From the NCBI GenBank assembly GCA_963822445.1, contig CAWGHO010000002.1, forward strand, positions 1,056,001 through 1,120,000: a stretch of DNA of 64,000 nucleotides. Reading direction: 5' to 3'. Source of the DNA: an uncultured Acidobacteriota bacterium (GTDB lineage Bacteria > Acidobacteriota > Thermoanaerobaculia > Gp7-AA8). The notes under the pieces are model-generated. The model did not search any database and was not told the origin of the DNA. It worked only from the letters and a program-made list of their open reading frames with translations. The position numbers and the translations under genes are program-made. Below, piece after piece: positions 18,126 to 27,220 of the stretch. Numbering within the stretch: the stretch's first letter is position 1; every line of letters starts with the position of its first letter.

Positions 18126-19150
18126 TCCGACGCGCGCGTGCCCTTCTTCAAGACGTCGCAGATGGCGACCGTGAAGTCGGTCGTCGAGCCGGTGCCGCCG
18201 ATGTCGCGCGTGCGGTGCTCGTCGCCCATGCCGAGGACTTTGACGATCGCGTCGTGAATGCGCTTCGCGGGCTGCACTTCGCCGATGTGCTCGAGCATGA
18301 GCACCGCCGACTGCAGCAGCGCGAGCGGATTGGCCTTGTTCTGACCGGCGATGTCCGGTGCGCTGCCATGCACGGCCTCGAAGACCGCGCCGTTCGCGCC
18401 GATGTTCGCGCCGGCGACGACGCCCAAGCCTCCCACGAGACCGGCGGTGAGGTCGGAAACGATATCGCCGTAGAGATTCTCGAGCAGCAGGATGTCGAAC
18501 TGATTGGGATCGGTCACGAGCTGCATGCAGAGGTTGTCGACGATCTTGTCGTCGGCCTCGATGTTCGGGTAATCCGCGGCCACTTCCCGGAAGCACTGCA
18601 GGAACAGACCGTCCGAGAGCTTCATGATGTTGGCCTTGTGAACGGCGGTGATGCGCTTGCGGCCGTTCACCCGCGCGTATTCGAAGGCGAATTTGGCGAT
18701 GTTCGTCGAGGCCTTGCGGGTGATGATCTTCAGCGACTCGACCACACCCGGCACAACCTCGTGCTCGAGACCTGCGTAAAGGCTTTCCGTGTTCTCGCGA
18801 ACGACGATGAGGTCGATATCTTCGTAGCGCGTCTTGATGTTCGGCAGCGACTTCACCGGCCGCAGGTTCGCGTAAAGGTCGAGGGTCTTGCGCAGGCGGA
18901 CGTTGATGGACGCGAAGCCCGTCCCGATGGGCGTCGTGACCGGTCCTTTGAGCGCGACCTTGTTCCGCACGATCGAATCGAGAACCTCCTGCGGCAACGG
19001 GTCGCCGGACCGCGTCAGCGCTTCCGCGCCGACGAAGTACTTCTCCCACTCCACGTCGACGCCGGCGCACTCGATGATCTGCACCACCGCCGCCGTGACT
19101 TCAGGGCCGATCCCGTCGCCGGGCAGAAGGGTGATCTTGTGTTTTGCCAT
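18122..19150 (-). CDS. Isocitrate/isopropylmalate dehydrogenase family, NAD-dependent IDH-like
   Basis: LPGDGIGPEV, LKGPVTTP, SINVRLRK, RENTE, HKANIMK, NLYGDIVSDL, FEAVHGSAPDIAG. Confidence 0.88.
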   Translation of the reverse strand: MAKHKITLLPGDGIGPEVTAAVVQIIECAGVDVEWEKYFVGAEALTRSGDPLPQEVLDSIVRNKVALKGPVTTPIGTGFASINVRLRKTLDLYANLRPVKSLPNIKTRYEDIDLIVVRENTESLYAGLEHEVVPGVVESLKIITRKASTNIAKFAFEYARVNGRKRITAVHKANIMKLSDGLFLQCFREVAADYPNIEADDKIVDNLCMQLVTDPNQFDILLLENLYGDIVSDLTAGLVGGLGVVAGANIGANGAVFEAVHGSAPDIAGQNKANPLALLQSAVLMLEHIGEVQPAKRIHDAIVKVLGMGDEHRTRDIGGTGSTTDFTVAICDVLKKGTRASD

Positions 19151-19153
19151 TGA

Positions 19154-20125
19154 TTACTCCCTGTTCAATTGTTGTGCACGCGTGCGTGCGGCGTCGAGGT
19201 CGAATCGCAGCGGGAAGGCCGCGGTCAACGCGGCGTACTCCGGCAGCTCGGCGATGCAGCGCTCGATGCTCTCCAGGGTGGCCGGGATGAATTCGAGGTA
19301 GTGCATCCTGCCGCGGACGATGGGCTGCTTGGCGAAGGTGCCGAGAATCTTGATGGATCGCTGGAGAAGGGTCTCGAAGTAGCGGCGGCGGATGTCGCCG
19401 TCCGCACCGCGAAGGTCCCGGTAGTACTCGAGCAACTCGAGCTCCGTGTCGTCGCCAAGGATGCGGGCCTGTCCGCGGTCGCGAAGGAGGGAGGCCAGGT
19501 CGTACGTGTCAGGACCCATTCTCAGGTCCTGATAATCGATCAAAAAAAGCTCGCCCTTTAAAACATGAACGTTTTGACCATGAAAATCGCGATGACATAA
19601 CACGTATGGATGCTGTGCGATGTTATCCGAGACCGTTTTCAGCAACGATCGCAGTTCTCCGGACGGCGCGCCCATCAGCTTTTCGACGTAGAACTCGACG
19701 GCCATCTCCAGCTCGGAGCTGAAGAACCCGGCGGTGAACGGCGCATTGATCGCGCACTGCGCGTTCTGAAATCGGACCAGCAGCTCGACGGCCCGGCGAT
19801 AGAGCTTCAGCCCTTCTTCGCGATCGTGGTGAAGGACGTCGAAGATGCTGCGATCCCCGACATCCTGCTGCAGGGTGATGACTTCGCCGTGGTGCAGGAT
19901 CCGGGGAACGGGACCGTGCGGCGAGACCGCCTCGAACGCACCCAGGACGCGGCCCAACTGCGAGCGCACCTCCTCGGGGTAGTACGTGGCGATGTAGCTC
20001 GTCCCATCTTCGGCGGTGACGCGGTAATACGCGCGCACTGACGCATCGCCGGCGAGCGGCCGGGCCGACCAGCGCGGCCCGAGCCATTGGTTCAACTGTT
20101 CCGTTGCGTCGGGAGGAAGGCTCAC
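19154..20125 (-). CDS. Aminoglycoside phosphotransferase family protein, AmgK-like MurNAc/GlcNAc kinase
   Basis: LAGDASVRAYYR, HRDFHGQN, LIDYQD...GPDTYDLASLLRD, LQRSIKILGTF. Confidence 0.8.
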   Translation of the reverse strand: MSLPPDATEQLNQWLGPRWSARPLAGDASVRAYYRVTAEDGTSYIATYYPEEVRSQLGRVLGAFEAVSPHGPVPRILHHGEVITLQQDVGDRSIFDVLHHDREEGLKLYRRAVELLVRFQNAQCAINAPFTAGFFSSELEMAVEFYVEKLMGAPSGELRSLLKTVSDNIAQHPYVLCHRDFHGQNVHVLKGELFLIDYQDLRMGPDTYDLASLLRDRGQARILGDDTELELLEYYRDLRGADGDIRRRYFETLLQRSIKILGTFAKQPIVRGRMHYLEFIPATLESIERCIAELPEYAALTAAFPLRFDLDAARTRAQQLNRE

Positions 20126-20131
20126 TGGCGT

Positions 20132-20656
20132 TTACTTCGCCGGCTTCTTCTCATCCTCGCGCGCATCCCGGATGGTCACCTTGGTGATGGAGGTCGGGTT
20201 GTTCGGGCGATCGTTGGCGTCGCGCGGCGCGGCGACGATCTTGTCCGCCACGTCCATTCCTTTAATGACCTCGCCGTAAACCGTGTACTGCCGGTCGAGG
20301 AACGGCGAGTCGGCGACGACGATGAAGAACTGCGACGAGGCGCTGTTCGGGTCCTGCGTGCGCGCGGCGGAAATGATGCCCCGCTTGTGGGAGATGCTGT
20401 TGAACTCGGCCTTGATCTTGTTCGGCGAGCCGCCCGTGCCCCAGGTGTTCGGATTGCCGGAGATCGTGTTCGGATCGCCGACCTGAATCATGAAGCCGGG
20501 GATGACCCGGTGGAACTTGATGCCCTCGTAGAAGCCCTTGTTCGCGAGGTCGATGAAGTTCTTCACGTGATTCGGGGCGACGTCCGGGAAGAAGCGGATG
20601 TGAATGTCTCCCGCGGTGGTCTGGAGCTCGGCGACTTTGTTCTCGTATTCGCTCAT
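20132..20656 (-). CDS. Cyclophilin-type peptidyl-prolyl isomerase (cytoplasmic)
   Basis: APNHVKNF, FHRVIPGFMIQVGDP, NSASSQFFI, YTVYGEV. Confidence 0.92.
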   Translation of the reverse strand: MSEYENKVAELQTTAGDIHIRFFPDVAPNHVKNFIDLANKGFYEGIKFHRVIPGFMIQVGDPNTISGNPNTWGTGGSPNKIKAEFNSISHKRGIISAARTQDPNSASSQFFIVVADSPFLDRQYTVYGEVIKGMDVADKIVAAPRDANDRPNNPTSITKVTIRDAREDEKKPAK

Positions 20657-20665
20657 GGATTTCCC

Positions 20666-21364
20666 CTACTGCGGAAGCGGGCCCAACTCGCCGGCACGCG
20701 CGTCGCGGATGATGACCTTGGTGATGGACGCCGGGTTGTTGGGACGATCGCTGGCATCGCGGGGAGCGGCCACGATCTTGTCCGCCACTTCCATGCCTTT
20801 GATGACCTCGCCGTAAACGGTGTACTTGTTGTCGAGGAAATTGGAGTCGGCAACGACGATGAAGAACTGCGATGAGGCGCTGTTCGGATCGTTCGTGCGC
20901 GCCGCGGAAATGATGCCGCGCTTGTGGGGAATGCTGTTGAACTCGGCCATGACCTTGTTCGGCGAGCCGCCGCTGCCCCAGGTCGCCGGATCGCCGGAGA
21001 TCGTGTTCGGATCGCCCACCTGAATCATGAAGCCGGGGATGACCCGGTGAAACTTGATGCCCTCGTAGAAGCCGCTCTGCGCGAGGTCGATGAAGTTCTT
21101 CACGTGGTTCGGGGCAACATGCGGGAAGAAGCGGATGTGAATGTCCCCCTCCGTGGTCTGAATCTCGGCGACTTTGTTCTCGTAGCCGGCGACAGACCCC
21201 ACGGGCGCGGCCGTCGGAGTCGTATCGGTGGCCGGCGGCTCCGCCGCCAGCGTTTCCGTGGCGGTAGTCGTCGTGGCTTCGGCCGTGGTTGTGGTCGTGT
21301 CGCTGGTCTGGGAACAGGCGCCGAGGGCGAGCACGACGACGAGAGAGTAGAAGAGTGGTTTCAC
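20666..21364 (-). CDS. Cyclophilin-type peptidyl-prolyl isomerase, lipoprotein
   Basis: Lipobox LGAC and a Thr-rich linker, then a domain nearly identical to the downstream cyclophilin. Confidence 0.92.
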   Translation of the reverse strand: MKPLFYSLVVVLALGACSQTSDTTTTTAEATTTTATETLAAEPPATDTTPTAAPVGSVAGYENKVAEIQTTEGDIHIRFFPHVAPNHVKNFIDLAQSGFYEGIKFHRVIPGFMIQVGDPNTISGDPATWGSGGSPNKVMAEFNSIPHKRGIISAARTNDPNSASSQFFIVVADSNFLDNKYTVYGEVIKGMEVADKIVAAPRDASDRPNNPASITKVIIRDARAGELGPLPQ

Positions 21365-21443
21365 ATCAACCTCCTGAGGGATATCGCTTTAGCGGGCGCG
21401 GATGCTACCACGCGTCCCGGGCGTCGCAATTAGCGTGCGCGCT

Positions 21444-23018
21444 TCAGCGGGGGACGACGGTCGGACCGATCGGACCGGTGGTGATCCGGATACCGCCGTC
21501 GGTCGCTTCGAGCACCATCCGGTCGCCGCCGCCGTTGATCTTGCCGGTGGCGCGGATGCGGGTCTTGTCGCCCACCTGCTCGCGGCTGATGGAAAGGCCC
21601 GGGATGTCGGACTTGATCGCATGCGCGGCCGGATCGCTGGTGAGGATGGTCGCCTCGACGTCCGCGCCGAACCGCTCGCTGACATGCACGACCACGTTGC
21701 CTTTGCCGCTCTTGCCCGTGACCGCGTGCGACTTCACGATCGGATCCATGGTGATGAACACGTCGCCCGAGCTCGTTTCGGCGTTGACCGGGCCCGCGGC
21801 CTGGCTGACGGTGATGTCGCCGCCGCCGGAGACGAGCCGCGTCGGACCGCTCGTGTAGAGCAGACGGATCGTTCCGCCCTGCGTGGCGATCTGCCCGCCT
21901 CGCCGCGCGGCATCCACGAAGATGTCGCCCGCGGTCGTGGTCGCGACCAGCGGTCCCAGGATCTCGCCGAGGCGCAGGGGACCGCCGTGCGAACGGACCT
22001 TGAGCGAGCCGTGCACCGCACCGAGCTGCACCTGTCCCGCGCCGGTGAAGATGTCGCCGTTGCCGCGGATCTCCTGGATCAACACGTCGCCAATGCTCGT
22101 GGCGTAGGTGTACGCGCTCTCGACGACGGTCAGCTTGATGTCCTGCCGTCCGGCGACGGACGGACCGCGACGGCCAGTGTTGACCGGCGTCGGCGTGGTC
22201 TGCCGCGGACGAGGCGGCGCATGCTTCGCGACGAGCGATTGCGGAACGGGGTATGGCGGTGAATTCGACAGCAGCTCGATGTGCCCCATCAGCGTGCCGA
22301 CGGTGATGGTCGGGCCGCCGGGCGCGTTCACGCTGCCGCGGAAGGTGGTGGCAAAGAACGCCCCGCGCGCCGGCAGATTGGTCTTGATGTCGCCCTTGAC
22401 GGTTTCCGCGACGATGCGGAAATCGACGTCGGGCCGGACGTGCACCTGGATGTTGCCGTTCACGGTCGACAGGGTGGCGTTTCGCGTGGGCCGGGGCGTC
22501 GAATAGATCACCGAACCGTTCACGCTCTCCACCGTGGCCGCGCCCTGAACGTTCTCGAGCACGATCTCGCCGTTCACGTTCTTGACGATGACCGTGCCGG
22601 TGATGTTCGCGACGCGGATGCGGTCGCTGGAGTTGGAAATGATGCGGATGTGCGTCGAGCGGGGCACTTTGACGCGCCAGGCGACGCGGCTCGACCAGCT
22701 GCGGCTGGCGACCGCCGGAATGGCCGTGCGAAGGACGCGGGTCATTTCGTCGCCGCCGGTGATCAGGGTCGTGTTCTGGCGGCCTTCCTCGATGGCGGTG
22801 TCGTCGACGGCGACTACGGTCTTCATCACGACCGTGTCGATGTCGGTCCTGTCGCTGCCGATCACCTCGATGTCGCCGACGGGGTTCTCGAGGACCAGTG
22901 CACCGCCGGCGCGGAACGGGAACTTCTGCTCCACCCGGAAGTTCTTCCGGACATTGGCGGCGCTCGCGGCTCCTGTAGCCGCGATGAGCGTCGCGAGGAT
23001 GAGGGATCGGATCTTCAT
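21444..23018 (-). CDS. Secreted DUF4097 (beta-strand repeat, putative adhesin) protein
   Basis: Signal peptide; repeated NVNGEI/SVNGSV/TVNGNI/TSSGDV beta motifs in two domains. Confidence 0.75.
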   Translation of the reverse strand: MKIRSLILATLIAATGAASAANVRKNFRVEQKFPFRAGGALVLENPVGDIEVIGSDRTDIDTVVMKTVVAVDDTAIEEGRQNTTLITGGDEMTRVLRTAIPAVASRSWSSRVAWRVKVPRSTHIRIISNSSDRIRVANITGTVIVKNVNGEIVLENVQGAATVESVNGSVIYSTPRPTRNATLSTVNGNIQVHVRPDVDFRIVAETVKGDIKTNLPARGAFFATTFRGSVNAPGGPTITVGTLMGHIELLSNSPPYPVPQSLVAKHAPPRPRQTTPTPVNTGRRGPSVAGRQDIKLTVVESAYTYATSIGDVLIQEIRGNGDIFTGAGQVQLGAVHGSLKVRSHGGPLRLGEILGPLVATTTAGDIFVDAARRGGQIATQGGTIRLLYTSGPTRLVSGGGDITVSQAAGPVNAETSSGDVFITMDPIVKSHAVTGKSGKGNVVVHVSERFGADVEATILTSDPAAHAIKSDIPGLSISREQVGDKTRIRATGKINGGGDRMVLEATDGGIRITTGPIGPTVVPR

Positions 23019-24049
23019 CAGTTGATCGGTTTGATGCTGCTCAATGCCTCTGCCGCTTTCACGCGGACGTAGAGGTTCTCGTCATCCTGCGATGCCTTCT
23101 GCCGGAGCGTGTCCACCATGCCGGCGTCGAGATGCACGCCGCTCTGGGCCATGTTCGCGAGGGCCTCCACGGCCTTCATGCGCACGGCCGGATTCGGGTC
23201 GCTCTTGAGCGCGGAGATCAGCGCGTCGCGGGTCTGCATGGCAATGGCCGGCGGCAGGGTGGTCAGCGTCTCGACGGCGCGAAGGCGAACGCCCTCGTTG
23301 CCGTCGCTGCGCAGCACCTTGGCCAGCGCGTTGGCGATCTCCGGATCGGCGTTGGCCGGATCGGAGTAGGTACGGCGGACCCAGTCGATGGTCGTCGACC
23401 GCGGGGTCATGGTCTCTTCGTTCTCGAGCATGTAGGACAGCAGGCGGACCATGCTCTTGTCGCGCGGGTTTCCGGTGACGGTCCAGCGCGAGCTGATGTC
23501 GAACTCGACGCCGATCTGGTCGTCACTTGCGTCGGTATCGAGGAAGCGGACGTTGGTGATGTTGGGGCGGCCCTGGATCTCGGGCGCGATCGCATTCGCG
23601 TCGAGCACCCGCGTCTCGGCGATGGGCATCAGCAGCTTCTGCGTGGAGACCGGCGTGACTTCGGAAATCGTCGCCGGCTGCGAGGTGACGCGCACCGGCT
23701 CGCGGCGTCCGGCGAAGTAACCGCCGCCCACGAGAACGGCGACGGCCGCGGCCTGAGCGACCCACTTGAAGGCGGGCTTGCTGCGGAAGGGAACGACGTT
23801 GCTGTTCCGTTTGTCTTCTTCGCGCTGGGCGATACCGGCAGCGGCCAGGAAACGCGCCTTCGCGCGGGCCGGCACGGCCACTTCGGGCAGGTCATCCATG
23901 ACCCGCCAGGTCTCGCGATACGCGGTCCACTCGCTGCTGCAGACTTCGCAGCTTTCGATGTGCTGATGCGTCGTCTCCCGCCGGACCGGGTCGAGCGACT
24001 CGGTCAGAAGGAGCGGCAGGTTTTCTCTCAGGGCACTGCATTCAGACAT
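23018..24049 (-). CDS. Anti-sigma factor: zf-HC2 - TM - HEAT repeats
   Basis: C...HIESCEVC; TM helix; DGNEGVRLRAVETL, DPNPAVRMKAVEAL, DENLYVRVKAAEAL; lies downstream of the ECF sigma. Confidence 0.8.
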   Translation of the reverse strand: MSECSALRENLPLLLTESLDPVRRETTHQHIESCEVCSSEWTAYRETWRVMDDLPEVAVPARAKARFLAAAGIAQREEDKRNSNVVPFRSKPAFKWVAQAAAVAVLVGGGYFAGRREPVRVTSQPATISEVTPVSTQKLLMPIAETRVLDANAIAPEIQGRPNITNVRFLDTDASDDQIGVEFDISSRWTVTGNPRDKSMVRLLSYMLENEETMTPRSTTIDWVRRTYSDPANADPEIANALAKVLRSDGNEGVRLRAVETLTTLPPAIAMQTRDALISALKSDPNPAVRMKAVEALANMAQSGVHLDAGMVDTLRQKASQDDENLYVRVKAAEALSSIKPIN

Positions 24050-24106
24050 CGGTCACCTCGCCGGTACGACCGGCAGCGCTGATTCCTCCGCCGTTTTTCA
24101 AGATCT

Positions 24107-24742
24107 TCATGGCCTCACCATCTCCGGCTTCGGGCGGCGCAGCGCGCCTGGCGTTTCCGCATCTCCCAAACCCGTAAGTGCTCGTTTCAACGTTTCCATC
24201 GCCCGGAAGACCCGCGTTTTCACAGCGCCCTCCGAGCAGCCGGCGATCTGCGCGATCTCGGCGTACGACAACCCCTGATAACGCGAGAGAAGAATGGCCT
24301 CGCGCTGCTCCGGGGTCAGCTCGTCGAGCGCGCGCCGCACCCGCTGTTCGTTCTCGCGTTTCTCGAGATTGCGGTCCGGCGAAAGCTCGCTCGGTGCCGG
24401 CAGACTGACCAGCACGTCTTCACTTTCCTTGTACTTGTTGTCCGCTTTCCTCAGGTAATCGCGGCACCAGTTGGCGGTGATGGAAAACAGCCAGGTGGAC
24501 AGCTTTGCATCTCCATGGAACTGGTTGGCGTACTTGAGCATCTTCACGAACACTTCCTGCACCGCGTCCTCGGCCGCCTCGGCGTTCTTCAGGAATCGAA
24601 ACGCGAAGTTGTAAATGCGTCCGCTGTATCGGTCGTAAATCTCCGACGCAGGGGAGTAATCGCCCGCCTGAACGATACGCATCAGTTCCTGATCGCTCAG
24701 GTGTTTCATATCCCCTGTTTCTGTGCCTTTGGACGCGGCCAT
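24107..24742 (-). CDS. ECF (sigma-70 group 4) sigma factor
   Basis: AEDAVQEVF, STWLFSITANWCRDYLRK, LSYAEIAQIAGCSEGAVKTRVFRA. Confidence 0.92.
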   Translation of the reverse strand: MAASKGTETGDMKHLSDQELMRIVQAGDYSPASEIYDRYSGRIYNFAFRFLKNAEAAEDAVQEVFVKMLKYANQFHGDAKLSTWLFSITANWCRDYLRKADNKYKESEDVLVSLPAPSELSPDRNLEKRENEQRVRRALDELTPEQREAILLSRYQGLSYAEIAQIAGCSEGAVKTRVFRAMETLKRALTGLGDAETPGALRRPKPEMVRP

Positions 24743-24768
24743 GATGGAAAGGTTACGGGCGAAACGCC

Positions 24769-25941
24769 CTACGCAGCGGCCGGAACAGGGATGGCCGTCA
24801 CTTCATTCGATAACGGCTGAGGACGCTCCACGGCCACGGCGATCATCGCGCACAGATTCATCGTCAGGTAGAAGACCTCGGTGTCCCCCCAGTTGAACTC
24901 GAAAAGTCCCGCGACGGTCAGGGCGACGATGATGGCGATCCCCATGTCGGCGTACATCCGGTTCGGGCCGTTCCGGGCAAGGGCGCACTCCCGGAGGAAC
25001 AGGGCGAGGAACAGCAGGTAGGCGGTCAGGCCGAGGATGCCGCGCTCGGCCCAGATCTGGACGGCATTGTTGTGGAGGTGGGCCGGGCGGACGCGCGGCG
25101 CGTCGTGCTTCTTGTAAAGCGCGTACACCTCCTTCACGTTCGCCGGCCCGACGCCGAAAACGGGGAAGTCCTTGATCATCTCCACGCCCGCCTCGAGCAT
25201 CCGCAGGCGGTCGAAGTTCGACTCGAGCTTCATGTCCCAGGTCGACGTGAGCCGGCTGAAGAGGTTCATCGGCAGAAACGAGACGAAGATCAGCAAGGCC
25301 GCGGGTACGTAGTAGCGGATCTGCGTCCGGGTCAGCATCAGCAGCACGAACACCGCGGCGCCCCATCCCAGCCAGACGCTTCGGGTCAGGGTCAGCAGAA
25401 GAGCGACCGTGATCAACAGCGCGACGCCGAGCTGCCACCACTTCCGCTGGTAGAGCCAGAGGATGATGAAGAGCAGGGACATCGGCAGGATGAGGTTCGA
25501 ATAGGTCATGACGTGGCTGCTCGGCCCGTTCATGCGGTGCTCGAGGTCGCGCTGGCCGAGGAAGAAGAATTCGAGGAGACCCCAGACGGCCATGCCGCCG
25601 CCGAAGAGGACCGAGGCGTAGAGCATCGCCTGGCGCAGCCGCGGCACGTTGCGGTGGAGGATCACCGCCGCGGGGAAGATCAGCATCTTGAACCAGAGCA
25701 TGGCCTCGAAGGCCTGATGGACGCGGCGCTCGGCCAGGAGCGCGGAGCCGGTCGAAGCGATGCCGTAGAGGATCAGCGGGAAGTAGAGGATGTGCCAGGA
25801 AAAGCGGACTTCCTTTTTGGCGATGGCCCAGCCGAGGGTGAAGATCGTCCAGAACGCGAGGTTCTCGCAGAGGGCGGTCTTGGCTTCGAGGAGAAAGTGG
25901 AGGACGTAGATTACGGCGGAGGCTTTTAGAAGCTTACTCAA
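24769..25941 (-). CDS. O-antigen ligase (Wzy_C) family membrane protein
   Basis: Multi-TM; LTLTRSVWLG, PVFGVGP, HLHNNAVQIWAERGILG. Confidence 0.85.
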   Translation of the reverse strand: MSKLLKASAVIYVLHFLLEAKTALCENLAFWTIFTLGWAIAKKEVRFSWHILYFPLILYGIASTGSALLAERRVHQAFEAMLWFKMLIFPAAVILHRNVPRLRQAMLYASVLFGGGMAVWGLLEFFFLGQRDLEHRMNGPSSHVMTYSNLILPMSLLFIILWLYQRKWWQLGVALLITVALLLTLTRSVWLGWGAAVFVLLMLTRTQIRYYVPAALLIFVSFLPMNLFSRLTSTWDMKLESNFDRLRMLEAGVEMIKDFPVFGVGPANVKEVYALYKKHDAPRVRPAHLHNNAVQIWAERGILGLTAYLLFLALFLRECALARNGPNRMYADMGIAIIVALTVAGLFEFNWGDTEVFYLTMNLCAMIAVAVERPQPLSNEVTAIPVPAAA

Positions 25942-26167
25942 ACGCCTCTTCCACGAGCATTACCGGGATGTCACTGACGATGGGGTAGACGCGGCGGCAC
26001 TTGACGCACTGCAGCCCCTGCTCGACGACCGGCTCTTCGTTGCGGAACTTCTCGCGGAACTTGTCGCGCGTGGCGGAGCGCTGCGGGTCCGTGAGAGGAA
26101 CGAGCTTGACCTCCTCCTTGCAGAGTGGGCACGCGAGAATCTCGAGTAATTCCTGATCGACCGCCAT
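25934..26167 (-). CDS. Trm112 family protein
   Basis: ELLEILACPLCK...LQCVKCRRVYPIVSDIPVMLVEEA. Confidence 0.85.
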   Translation of the reverse strand: MAVDQELLEILACPLCKEEVKLVPLTDPQRSATRDKFREKFRNEEPVVEQGLQCVKCRRVYPIVSDIPVMLVEEAFE

Positions 26168-26194
26168 GGCGCGGCGAAGTATAACGAAAGCCGA

Positions 26195-27220
26195 ATGCGT
26201 GTACTTCATCTCGCCGCCGGCAACCGATGGACAGGCGCGGCCGCGCCGGCGTTCGCGGAAGTGGAGGCGTTGCGGCTCGCCGGCGTGGACGCGCATTACG
26301 CGTACGTCGGCGGGTACAAGCTGCAGGCGAAGCTCGGTCATCACGACTTCGCCCATCCGCTGATCGAGAAGGCCCAGAATCCGTTTTCCTTCAAACGGAC
26401 CGTCTACGCGATCCACCGTCTCGTTCGCCGCCATGGCTTCGACGTCATCCACGCGCATCTGACCTACGACCACTGGGTCGCGCTTTTCGTCGCGCGTGAT
26501 CACAACCTTCAACTTGCTCGCACGTTTCACGCGCGGCGCGTGCTGCGCAGGGATCCGTTCACGCGTTCGCTCGTGCGCGAGACCCACCACCTTTTCGCGG
26601 TCAACGCGTCCTTTGAGGTGCGCGGGCGAAGTGTCACATTTACCCCGCCACCGATCGATCACCGCCAGTTCCATCCCGACGGGCCGGCGATCGAAACGGA
26701 TTCGAAGATCGTCACGGTCATCGGCAAGCTCTCCGCGGGTCGCGGGTTCGAAGAGGCACTGCAGTCGTACGCGGCGTTGCGACGTCTTCGCACGGACGTG
26801 AAGCTGATGATCATCGGCCACGGCGAGCATCGGCCGGTGCTCGAACAGCTCGCGTCGTCGCTGGGCATCGCCGATCACGTCATCTGGGCCGGCTACCACG
26901 AGGACGATCTCGCCGAGCATTACCGCGCCTCGAGCCTGCTGTTCTTCACCGCGCGGGGATCGGATGAAGGGCACCGGGCCGTGCTCGAGGCGATGGCCTG
27001 CGGCGTGCCGCCGGCGACGTATCCAATCCAGGGGATTTCGGCGCTGGTACCGGCCGGACACATCGCGTCATCGGCGTCGCCGGAGGCGCTCGCTTCGCTC
27101 GCCGCGTCGCTGCTGGATGGCGATCACCGGCAGGCGATGTACGAGCGCTCGCTCGAGTTCGGATACGACCGCGCCGCGCGGCGGTTGATGCAGGTGTACG
27201 AGCCTATGCCGACGCAATGA
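26195..27220 (+). CDS. GT4 family glycosyltransferase
   Basis: MRVLHL, FDVIHAH, IIGHGEHR, EGHRAVLEAMACGVP. Confidence 0.85.
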   Translation: MRVLHLAAGNRWTGAAAPAFAEVEALRLAGVDAHYAYVGGYKLQAKLGHHDFAHPLIEKAQNPFSFKRTVYAIHRLVRRHGFDVIHAHLTYDHWVALFVARDHNLQLARTFHARRVLRRDPFTRSLVRETHHLFAVNASFEVRGRSVTFTPPPIDHRQFHPDGPAIETDSKIVTVIGKLSAGRGFEEALQSYAALRRLRTDVKLMIIGHGEHRPVLEQLASSLGIADHVIWAGYHEDDLAEHYRASSLLFFTARGSDEGHRAVLEAMACGVPPATYPIQGISALVPAGHIASSASPEALASLAASLLDGDHRQAMYERSLEFGYDRAARRLMQVYEPMPTQ

